Of a DNA stretch of 64,000 nucleotides, positions 47,745-55,335 are shown one piece after another (position 1 is the first letter of the stretch; every line of letters begins with the position of its first letter). The translations under genes were made by a program, and so were the position numbers. Under the pieces are notes generated by a model. The model searched no databases, was not told the DNA's origin, and was given only the letters and a program-made list of their open reading frames with translations. The DNA comes from a virus (lineage: Duplodnaviria > Heunggongvirae > Uroviricota > Caudoviricetes): the IMG/VR virus record IMGVR_UViG_3300042923_001771, positions 1 through 64,000 of that record, one strand, 5' to 3'.

Positions 47745-48872
47745 ATGTTGAAAATTGGTTTTTTGACAATTGGTGAGGGTGGTTCTAATATTGGTGAATA
47801 TGCTGCTGGAAAAGGTTGTCCGGTCATAGCTGTAAACAGTGCAAAAATTGATCTTGGAAAACTAAAAGCAGTACCAAAAGATAGTAGAATTCACCTTGCT
47901 GGTTGGGAAGGTGCTGGTAGAAACAGAGACGTTGGTAAGGAGGCAATGATTGCTCATGCAGAAACAATCAGTGAAAAGGCAAGAGTTAAACATGACGAAT
48001 GTGACATTGTTTTTGTCGTTGGTTCTACAGGCGGTGGAACTGGTAGTGGCGCTCTTCCTGTAGGAGTAGAGATACTTTCTGACTTTAAGAAACATGTTGG
48101 AGCAATAACAATTCTACCAGCATTGAGAGAGAGTCCAAAAGCTCATATGAATTCTTTGGAATGTTTTTCAGAAATGAGCCAATTTGAAGATTTGGGTGGA
48201 GTATTTACTATTGACAATGAAAAAGCAGAAGAGATTTTTAAAGGCCAAGACAGAACTTCAATTTATGAATTGTCAAATCAACAAATAATTGACAATCTAG
48301 TTGAAGTAAGTGCTCTCACTGGACAATCATCATATGTATCCAATTTTGATAAGAATGATTTATTAGAGGTACTAAGCGATAGAGGCTGTACCGTTATCAG
48401 TAAAATTATAGTTCCTATTGACAAACTGAAAAATTCATTAGATATAGTAAATGCAATTAGAGATTCTTGGAAACAAGTGTGTTCGCCAGATATTGCATAT
48501 GGCCAAATTGTTAAAGCGGTTGTTCTTGGCAAAATACCAAAAGAAATGACTTCTATTATTGACGTTAAAAAGGTTTTTGAAGAAACTGGGATGCCATACG
48601 ACATCATTGAAGCTTATTATCCAAATACTGACCACCAAAATCATTGCATTTTTTATACGATTTTGTCTGGTTTGGCTTTCCCAGTAGAACGTCTTAACCA
48701 AATTGAAATCAATGTTCAAAAAATCGAACAAGATTTAATGGACAGAATGGAGTCTTCTAGGAACCAAACATTTAAAACTAGTAATTGGAACTCTAAATTC
48801 AAAAGTAATTTAGGCAAGGAAAAAGAAAGAACAACTTTGTCATTAGCTGAAAAGCTTGCCAAATACAAATAA
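47745..48872 (+). CDS. tubulin/FtsZ-superfamily GTPase (TubZ/PhuZ-like)
   Basis: T1 loop IGEGGSNIG and the tubulin signature VVGSTGGGTGSG (T4). Divergent elsewhere. Confidence 0.7.
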   Translation: MLKIGFLTIGEGGSNIGEYAAGKGCPVIAVNSAKIDLGKLKAVPKDSRIHLAGWEGAGRNRDVGKEAMIAHAETISEKARVKHDECDIVFVVGSTGGGTGSGALPVGVEILSDFKKHVGAITILPALRESPKAHMNSLECFSEMSQFEDLGGVFTIDNEKAEEIFKGQDRTSIYELSNQQIIDNLVEVSALTGQSSYVSNFDKNDLLEVLSDRGCTVISKIIVPIDKLKNSLDIVNAIRDSWKQVCSPDIAYGQIVKAVVLGKIPKEMTSIIDVKKVFEETGMPYDIIEAYYPNTDHQNHCIFYTILSGLAFPVERLNQIEINVQKIEQDLMDRMESSRNQTFKTSNWNSKFKSNLGKEKERTTLSLAEKLAKYK

Positions 48873-48875
48873 GAG

Positions 48876-49145
48876 GTGACAACTATGAAATTTTCTGAGT
48901 TTAAACAATTAAAGGAAGCTTCCTCATTTGAGGAGGCTCTTCGCGAGGTAGGCAAAGTAAGTAAAAATAAAGAGCAGTCCATGGAAGAAATTGCCATGAT
49001 AATAATTCAAATTACAGCTTTTGCTATTTTGGCTCCATTTATAGTAAAGACAGTTTTTCCAGCAATAGGAATTTCTTTTGTTGGTCATGAAGCAATTAAA
49101 GTTGTAGATGCTTATTTAAATCATGTAGATGCACTCATACATTAG
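48876..49145 (+). CDS. hypothetical protein with hydrophobic C-terminal half
   Basis: 89 aa, coupled 4 nt after the tubulin-like gene. Confidence 0.5.
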   Translation: MTTMKFSEFKQLKEASSFEEALREVGKVSKNKEQSMEEIAMIIIQITAFAILAPFIVKTVFPAIGISFVGHEAIKVVDAYLNHVDALIH

Positions 49146-49172
49146 AGAGGTCTTCACCTCTCTAATTTTTTT
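49144..49172 (+). terminator. rho-independent terminator
   Basis: agagaggt-cttc-acctctct followed by a T7 run. Confidence 0.65.
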
Positions 49173-49357
49173 ATTTATATTTAATATAGATCTTTTATAT
49201 TTATAGATGCACTCTATGAATAACCATTTCGCACTCATTGAATAATCATTTATCCATGACATCTTTTAAGATGTCTTTTTAATTTTTCTATAAATATTAA
49301 ATATAATAATCAAATAGATATTTTTGATGGTTTATTTTAAACAAGAGGTGAAACCAA

Positions 49358-49753
49358 TTGTTAGATTACATTGATGAAGAGGTTGCAGAAGTAATTGTAA
49401 ATGACGTTATTGATTTTTACAATACTTATATTGCAATGAAAAGCTTAACTATGGAGAGTTTTGATGTTGAAAATTTTGACAATAGAACTATTAATATTTA
49501 TATCCATAATAATGTAAGTTGGAATGGTTATAGATATCCATCTGCAAGAATCATGAGAGAAAGCAGAACAAGAGTACGTTTTAATTTTATTTTCAAAGTA
49601 GAAGAACTTGAATGGGCAATGAAGTTATATCACATGCTTGATGGATACATATATGTAAAACTAACTAATACTAATGAAATTAATGTTAGTTTCTCATTAG
49701 ACCTAGGCTCAAAACAAGGCTGTCTAGACTATTTTAATAATTTGCAAACGTAG
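49358..49753 (+). CDS. hypothetical protein
   Basis: TTG after agaggtga; preceded by a TATAATAAT module at 49295-49320. Confidence 0.5.
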   Translation: MLDYIDEEVAEVIVNDVIDFYNTYIAMKSLTMESFDVENFDNRTINIYIHNNVSWNGYRYPSARIMRESRTRVRFNFIFKVEELEWAMKLYHMLDGYIYVKLTNTNEINVSFSLDLGSKQGCLDYFNNLQT

Positions 49754-49761
49754 GTGAAGAC

Positions 49762-50175
49762 ATGTTGGATGAAGTACAAGAATATCTTGATGCGCTCTAT
49801 ATTATGAGATCGCTAACTGGCGATCATCTTGAAAAATATAAATTTATACGCAAAGTAGATAGAGTTGATTTTTCTAGTTTGACAGCTTGCTATGCAGATC
49901 ATACTACAAAAAAATTTACAATGAAATGGATTCCCATTATTTCAATAATTATTGAACCAGATTTTACAATTTCATTTACTGGTAAATTTAATAAATGGGA
50001 CGGACCATTTGAGAAAAATTTAAATCTATATGCAAATAAGCATAAAGGATATAAATCAATAAATCCGGTGCCTCAATCAAGAAAGACGCAATTTTTATTT
50101 AATTTCTCAGACATAGAATCATTTAAAAAATTCTTTGAAATGTATTATTGGAGGGAATATGCTAGTAAACGATGA
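49762..50175 (+). CDS. hypothetical protein
   Basis: 137 aa ORF. Confidence 0.5.
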   Translation: MLDEVQEYLDALYIMRSLTGDHLEKYKFIRKVDRVDFSSLTACYADHTTKKFTMKWIPIISIIIEPDFTISFTGKFNKWDGPFEKNLNLYANKHKGYKSINPVPQSRKTQFLFNFSDIESFKKFFEMYYWREYASKR

Positions 50176-50770
50176 AACTTTTAGTAAATATGAAGTGCTA
50201 AATATTTATTTATACGGTTCAAAGGTCTATGGTTGCAATCCTAATGGAGACGATGACTATATTGTAGTTGTTAAGGGAAAAGATATAAATGAACAATTTG
50301 TTAGCGATGAATATGATGCTACATTTTATAGTGAAGATGTATTTCAACATATGATAGATGAGCATGACATTTCAGTGTTGGAATGTTTGTTTCTTCCAGA
50401 AGACAAGATTATAAAGGAAGATAAAAAATTCAAATTCGAGTTAAATCTTAATAAACTAAGAATAAATGTTTCAGCTAAAACTTCTAATAGTTTTGTAAAA
50501 TGTAAAAAGAAATTAGCTATTGGTAATGAACGTGAAGCATACATTGGAAAAAAGAGTTTGTTTCATTCACTAAGAATGCCAATGTTTGGAATACAAATTG
50601 CAAAGTATGGTAAGATTGTTGATTATAGTGAAGCTAATGAATTTTGGAATATTATAATTCAAAATGAAATTAATGATTGGACTTTTTACAAAAAAACATT
50701 TCAGCCAATTTCAAATATGATAATGACCGAATTTAGAAAATTAGCACCACTAGAAGAACCTTCAGAGTAA
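50159..50770 (+). CDS. minimal Pol-beta-superfamily nucleotidyltransferase
   Basis: LYGSKVYG..GDDDYIVVV (GS ... DxD) NTase core. ATG after ggaggg, so the real start is internal to the track ORF. Confidence 0.55.
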   Translation: MLVNDETFSKYEVLNIYLYGSKVYGCNPNGDDDYIVVVKGKDINEQFVSDEYDATFYSEDVFQHMIDEHDISVLECLFLPEDKIIKEDKKFKFELNLNKLRINVSAKTSNSFVKCKKKLAIGNEREAYIGKKSLFHSLRMPMFGIQIAKYGKIVDYSEANEFWNIIIQNEINDWTFYKKTFQPISNMIMTEFRKLAPLEEPSE

Positions 50771-50783
50771 GGTTCTTTTTTTA
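50753..50783 (+). terminator. rho-independent terminator
   Basis: agaacc-ttcagagtaa-ggttct followed by a T7 run. Confidence 0.55.
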
Positions 50784-50834
50784 TGTAAAAAACATCATAA
50801 ACTCATTAAACACTATTTAAAATCAATCCTGCTT

Positions 50835-50879
50835 CTTTATATAATAATCAAATAACAAAAGAAAACCCAGGAGGAATTA
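50835..50879 (+). promoter_or_regulatory. TATATAATAAT-class promoter/5-prime UTR module
   Basis: cTTTATATAATAATcAAATAAcAAAaGAAaACccAGGAGGAATTA, nearly identical to the module at 58137. Confidence 0.4.
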
Positions 50880-50885
50880 AAAAAA

Positions 50886-51434
50886 ATGAAAAAAGTTGTA
50901 ATTGGATGTGTGGCAGTTTTTGTAGCTTTCATTCTTATTACTTGTATTGCTGCAGGTACTATTTTAAGTTCCCGGAACACAGCTGTTACTTTAGAAAATA
51001 AAGTAAAAGCACAATACGCTTCAAATCAAGCTTCTTATGATGGAATGTGGAAAACTTTTGTCGAAATGACACAGGTTACTGATTTACAAGCTAAGCAAAT
51101 GAAAGAAGTTTACACGGGATTAATTAGCGGACGTTATCAAGATCCAAATTTGCTTTTTAAAATGGTAAAAGAAGACAACCCAAAACTCGATACAACAGTT
51201 TATACAAAAATTCAACAAGCGATTGAAGCAGGTCGAAAAGGATTTACTAATGACCAAAAGAAAGTACTTGACATAGTGAGAGAATACAATACGTATATTC
51301 AACATCACTTCATTATGGCAGCAATTACAGGTCGTACTCAACTTGATGAAAACAAATATATTACAACATCTGATCGCACCAAAGATGCATTCAATAGTGG
51401 TAAAGATGGAGCAGTTAATTTAAACGGCAAATAA
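50886..51434 (+). CDS. LemA family protein
   Basis: N-terminal TM then a LemA-like soluble domain, about 180 aa. Confidence 0.65.
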   Translation: MKKVVIGCVAVFVAFILITCIAAGTILSSRNTAVTLENKVKAQYASNQASYDGMWKTFVEMTQVTDLQAKQMKEVYTGLISGRYQDPNLLFKMVKEDNPKLDTTVYTKIQQAIEAGRKGFTNDQKKVLDIVREYNTYIQHHFIMAAITGRTQLDENKYITTSDRTKDAFNSGKDGAVNLNGK

Positions 51435-51450
51435 AAGGAGAAGATGATAG

Positions 51451-52587
51451 ATGTATTGGGTACCAGTAATTATAGTTGGTTTAATACTTCTAGTCATTGA
51501 ACTTGTATGGACTCGGAATTTCTTGCGAGTCCTCATTATTACCCTTGTGTCAACTCTTCTCATGGGTATTATTGTAGGGATTGACTACACCTCTCAAACC
51601 GCAGATACTGAAATTTGGTCTGGTAAAGTTGCAAGTTGGGAACACAAGGAAGAATGGGATGAATGGCATCCACCAAAAACAACTTGTACTACCAGTACAG
51701 ACAGTAACGGTAATTCGAGGCAAAGTTGTAAAACAGAACCGGGATATACTGAACATCATTATGCACAAAATCACATTTATACAACAGATGATGGTTGGAT
51801 TAATGTAGATAAGTCGCCTGATGGTAAGAAATTTGATGATAGTTGGCCAAATGATGATAAAATATTGAAACAATATTGGCCTGAAGGAACACCAACAGCT
51901 TCAACCCACTCTTATATAAACAAAGTACAAGCATCTTATTCTATTTATCGTCATAAAGAAATTGATTTGAATAAGTTTGAAAACTTACCTGATTATCCTA
52001 AAAAAGTAACAAATTACGTTAATGTTGATAGGATCGTTGGTGAAGTTCCGAATAAAGATAAAGCTTTAGTTGAACTCGCAAAATGGAATACAGAACTTAA
52101 CAAAAGTGTATCTGACCCAGAAAAGCCAGGCAAAACCAAATCTTGGAAACAAGTTAACATTATTTTTGTTAACCTTGGCATAAACAAACCTCAAGAAACA
52201 GGATTTGCCTTGCAGGATAAGTGGGAAGGCGGAAACAAAAATGATTTTGTTATAGCTTTTAGCACTGATGAAGAAGGTAATGTTAATTGGTCATATCCAT
52301 TCTCTTGGTCAGAAGCAGAACTTCTAAAGATTCAAGTACGAGATTACATGAATAGTCTTAAAAAGATTGATGATTTTGTGCCAGTTGTAAGTAATGTTTC
52401 TGAAATGTTAGCGAAAGATTTTGTAAGAAAACAATTTAAAGACTTTAACTATCTTCAAATTGAAGTAAGCACAGTTGGTTACGTATGCATTTTCATAGCT
52501 AGTTTTATTGCTTTAGCTTTAGGTGTTTTTCTCACAGTGATTCAACATAAAAATAATCAATCTCGTCAAAGTCGTAGACGTAGATAA
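51451..52587 (+). CDS. membrane protein (2 N-terminal TM, 1 C-terminal TM, Arg-rich tail)
   Basis: Hydropathy pattern read from the translation; follows LemA in the same operon. Confidence 0.6.
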   Translation: MYWVPVIIVGLILLVIELVWTRNFLRVLIITLVSTLLMGIIVGIDYTSQTADTEIWSGKVASWEHKEEWDEWHPPKTTCTTSTDSNGNSRQSCKTEPGYTEHHYAQNHIYTTDDGWINVDKSPDGKKFDDSWPNDDKILKQYWPEGTPTASTHSYINKVQASYSIYRHKEIDLNKFENLPDYPKKVTNYVNVDRIVGEVPNKDKALVELAKWNTELNKSVSDPEKPGKTKSWKQVNIIFVNLGINKPQETGFALQDKWEGGNKNDFVIAFSTDEEGNVNWSYPFSWSEAELLKIQVRDYMNSLKKIDDFVPVVSNVSEMLAKDFVRKQFKDFNYLQIEVSTVGYVCIFIASFIALALGVFLTVIQHKNNQSRQSRRRR

Positions 52588-52605
52588 TGGGAGGATAAAT
52601 TAATT

Positions 52606-53241
52606 ATGTCAAAATTTGATAAAGCTTATGAAGCAGTAGAGGATGCAATGGGAAATGCTGGGTTTGATTTCTCTTATAGAGTAGATGGTGATGAAGAGGA
52701 TGGTCAAATTTGTGTATTTGTAGATTCTCATGAAATTCCTGATGACACTGGTTATTATATGCGTGAAATCGCAAGTGTACTTGAAGGTGTAGATGGTATT
52801 TCTGTTGTTGATATGGAAGCTCACGAGACGGTTGTTGTTACTGCTAAAGTTGATAGCTTTAATGAAGATGATATTGAACTTGAAATTAGTAAAGAAGTCC
52901 CTCAAGAACTTAGACCGTCTGATGTATATGAGTTAGTCGTTAGAGTTATGCATGGCGATGCAGACCATTTCGATAATCTAACTTTTATTGCAGAAACACA
53001 ATCTGAAGTAAAACAATATATTAATTTATTTGATAATATGCTTAATGAATACCCTAATGGTCGTGGTGGTGGAGATAATTACTATCATATTGAAGGGTTT
53101 GATAAATTGCTTGAAAGCGACTGGCCTTGGGATGTCACAGATGAAGATTCGCAAGCTGGAATTAAAAGCTACAAAGTCTATTACTATGATGAAGATAGCA
53201 AGAAATTTGAAGTAAAAATTAAAAGAAAGCGGGCGAACTAA
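52606..53241 (+). CDS. HGDADH/GRGGGD-motif protein, paralog A (two-domain)
   Basis: C-terminal half VMHGDADHFDNLTF..YPNGRGGGDNYYHIEGF..DWPWDVT is paralogous to the next gene. Confidence 0.6.
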   Translation: MSKFDKAYEAVEDAMGNAGFDFSYRVDGDEEDGQICVFVDSHEIPDDTGYYMREIASVLEGVDGISVVDMEAHETVVVTAKVDSFNEDDIELEISKEVPQELRPSDVYELVVRVMHGDADHFDNLTFIAETQSEVKQYINLFDNMLNEYPNGRGGGDNYYHIEGFDKLLESDWPWDVTDEDSQAGIKSYKVYYYDEDSKKFEVKIKRKRAN

Positions 53242-53243
53242 TC

Positions 53244-53621
53244 ATGGCAACTATCCTTAAGATTGGCAAAGTCATTCCAACTGAACAAATCAAAAATGTA
53301 TATGAGATTAAGGTTAACATAATGCATGGCGATGCTGATCATTATGAAGATCTTACATTTCATCTTGAAACTGAAGATGAAGTAAATCAATATATTGATT
53401 TACTAGACAGGATGGAAGCGGAATACCCTCACGGCCGAGGCGGTGGAGATGATTATGATCATCTTGATGGCTTTAATGAATTGCTTGGTGACGATTGGCC
53501 CGGTGATGTAACGAGTGATAGTATGTATCAAGCAAGTATGGACGGATATGTAGTTACTTATTATGATGAAAACGGTGTAGAGTATGAAGTGGAAGTTCAA
53601 TATAGTGAAGGAGATAAATAA
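53244..53621 (+). CDS. HGDADH/GRGGGD-motif protein, paralog B
   Basis: IMHGDADHYEDLTF..YPHGRGGGDDYDHLDGF..DWPGDVT. Confidence 0.6.
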   Translation: MATILKIGKVIPTEQIKNVYEIKVNIMHGDADHYEDLTFHLETEDEVNQYIDLLDRMEAEYPHGRGGGDDYDHLDGFNELLGDDWPGDVTSDSMYQASMDGYVVTYYDENGVEYEVEVQYSEGDK

Positions 53622-53622
53622 A

Positions 53623-53895
53623 ATGAATAAAAAAATCATTGTACTTATTATTCTTGCCAATCTCGCTATTGGTGCTCTTGTTGGTTGTAATTCTGTTGCT
53701 AAAAAAATGGGTGGAACAATAAATGTAGATTTACCAAAAGGACAAAAATTGGTAAATGTAACTTGGAAAGATGCTAATTTGTGGTATCTTACAAAACAAA
53801 TGAAAGACGGAGATATTGCTGAAACTTATGAGTTTAAAGAAGATAGTAATTTCGGTATCGTTGAAGGCAAAGTTATCTTCAAAGAGAGTAAGTAA
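53623..53895 (+). CDS. putative lipoprotein
   Basis: Signal peptide with lipobox ALVGC-N; RBS gaaggaga. Confidence 0.55.
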   Translation: MNKKIIVLIILANLAIGALVGCNSVAKKMGGTINVDLPKGQKLVNVTWKDANLWYLTKQMKDGDIAETYEFKEDSNFGIVEGKVIFKESK

Positions 53896-53899
53896 AGAT

Positions 53900-54097
53900 A
53901 TGACTGATAAAAAAGATAAAGAACCAAAAGTTTTTGTTCTTAAACGAACGGAAGAAAATGAAGAATGGTGGAGAGAGATGGACAATTGGCTCCATCCTCA
54001 AGACCCTGAAAGAATAGCGGAAGTTAAGAGACGTTTTGAAGAATCCAGAGAGCGTTTCAGAAAGCTTAAGGAGATTGAAAATGAGAAAAAAGAGTAA
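53900..54097 (+). CDS. hypothetical charged protein
   Basis: Internal ATG chosen to avoid overlapping the previous gene; weak RBS. Confidence 0.4.
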   Translation: MTDKKDKEPKVFVLKRTEENEEWWREMDNWLHPQDPERIAEVKRRFEESRERFRKLKEIENEKKE

Positions 54098-54188
54098 ACA
54101 ACTCGAAATGAAATTCAACATCTTCAAGAAGCGAAAGAATTATTAATGATTACGTGAAGTTCGACGATAGCGAATAGGAGGAATTAAA

Positions 54189-54980
54189 GTGTCAGTTAAA
54201 AAATATGATGAGTTGTCGCAGCGGATGAAAAGTTACGAGTTTGCAAGCAAACAACAACTTACCCCAAGGATGCCGGTTATCATTCGTATTGATGGTTGTC
54301 ACTTCCACACTTACACTAAGGGATTTGATAAACCTTTTGATGAAACTCTAATTCGAGTTTTCTGGGAAACTTGTAAATACCTTGCAGCTAATGTTATGGG
54401 TTGTAAGTTGGTTTACCACCAGTCCGATGAGATTTCTCTTTTGCTTACTAACTACGATAAACTAACTACTCAAAGTTGGTTTGATAATGGTCTTCAAAAA
54501 ATGGCATCCGTTTCTGCATCATTAGCAACTGCTAAGTTTAATGATGAAATGAAAAAGATCTATCCAGACATGACAAAACTTGCAACATTTGATAGCCGTG
54601 TTTTCTTGCTCCCGCACAATGAAGTAGCAAACTATTTTATCTGGCGACAGCAAGATGCTTCTAAAAACAGCGTATCCATGCTTGCTCAAAGTTTGTTCCC
54701 TCACAAGGAATTGCAAGGAGTAAACACAAAACAAATGCAGGATAAGATGTTTACAGAAAAAGAAGTAAATTGGAATGACTTGCCAACATGGCAAAAAAGA
54801 GGGGCTTGCATTGTCAAAGAACAATTTGACTTAAACGGTGCGCAGAGAAATCGCTGGGTTGTTGATGAAGAAACTCCTATCTTTACTCAAGATAGAAGTT
54901 ATATTGAACAATTCGTATACCAACAAAAAGAAGAAGAGAAGCAGGGTGTTAATCTCGCTTCTACATTAGGAGGAATATAA
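54189..54980 (+). CDS. Thg1-like protein (tRNA-His guanylyltransferase family, 3-prime-5-prime nucleotidyltransferase)
   Basis: PRMPVIIRIDGCHFHTYTKGFDKPFDE..YHQSDEISLLLT matches the Thg1/TLP N-terminal catalytic core. Confidence 0.65.
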   Translation: MSVKKYDELSQRMKSYEFASKQQLTPRMPVIIRIDGCHFHTYTKGFDKPFDETLIRVFWETCKYLAANVMGCKLVYHQSDEISLLLTNYDKLTTQSWFDNGLQKMASVSASLATAKFNDEMKKIYPDMTKLATFDSRVFLLPHNEVANYFIWRQQDASKNSVSMLAQSLFPHKELQGVNTKQMQDKMFTEKEVNWNDLPTWQKRGACIVKEQFDLNGAQRNRWVVDEETPIFTQDRSYIEQFVYQQKEEEKQGVNLASTLGGI

Positions 54981-54984
54981 ATCC

Positions 54985-55245
54985 ATGGATAGAAAAATAG
55001 TATTAGAGGCAGTTTATAGTTATGTCAATGAGTTTGCTAATATCGATTACGATGGCTTTGAAACTGTTGGAGAAAAAGCAGAAAAGAAAGTTATATTTAA
55101 TGATGTCGAAGACCTTGTTGAGTTTTGTATTAAAAATAAACTCGAGCTATCTGTACTACCTAATGGTACAATGGTTGTAGTTACTGACCCAGAAAACCCT
55201 GAGGATGCATCTATTTTAGGTCCCGTTGCAGCGCAGATCAATTAA
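54985..55245 (+). CDS. hypothetical protein
   Basis: 86 aa ORF. Confidence 0.5.
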   Translation: MDRKIVLEAVYSYVNEFANIDYDGFETVGEKAEKKVIFNDVEDLVEFCIKNKLELSVLPNGTMVVVTDPENPEDASILGPVAAQIN

Positions 55246-55335
55246 AAAAATAGTTTACAGAAACTGTTTAAACTCATTTAAGGTTTAAATATAATATTTA
55301 AGTAACAAAATAAAAATTGAGGAAGTGACCCAACA

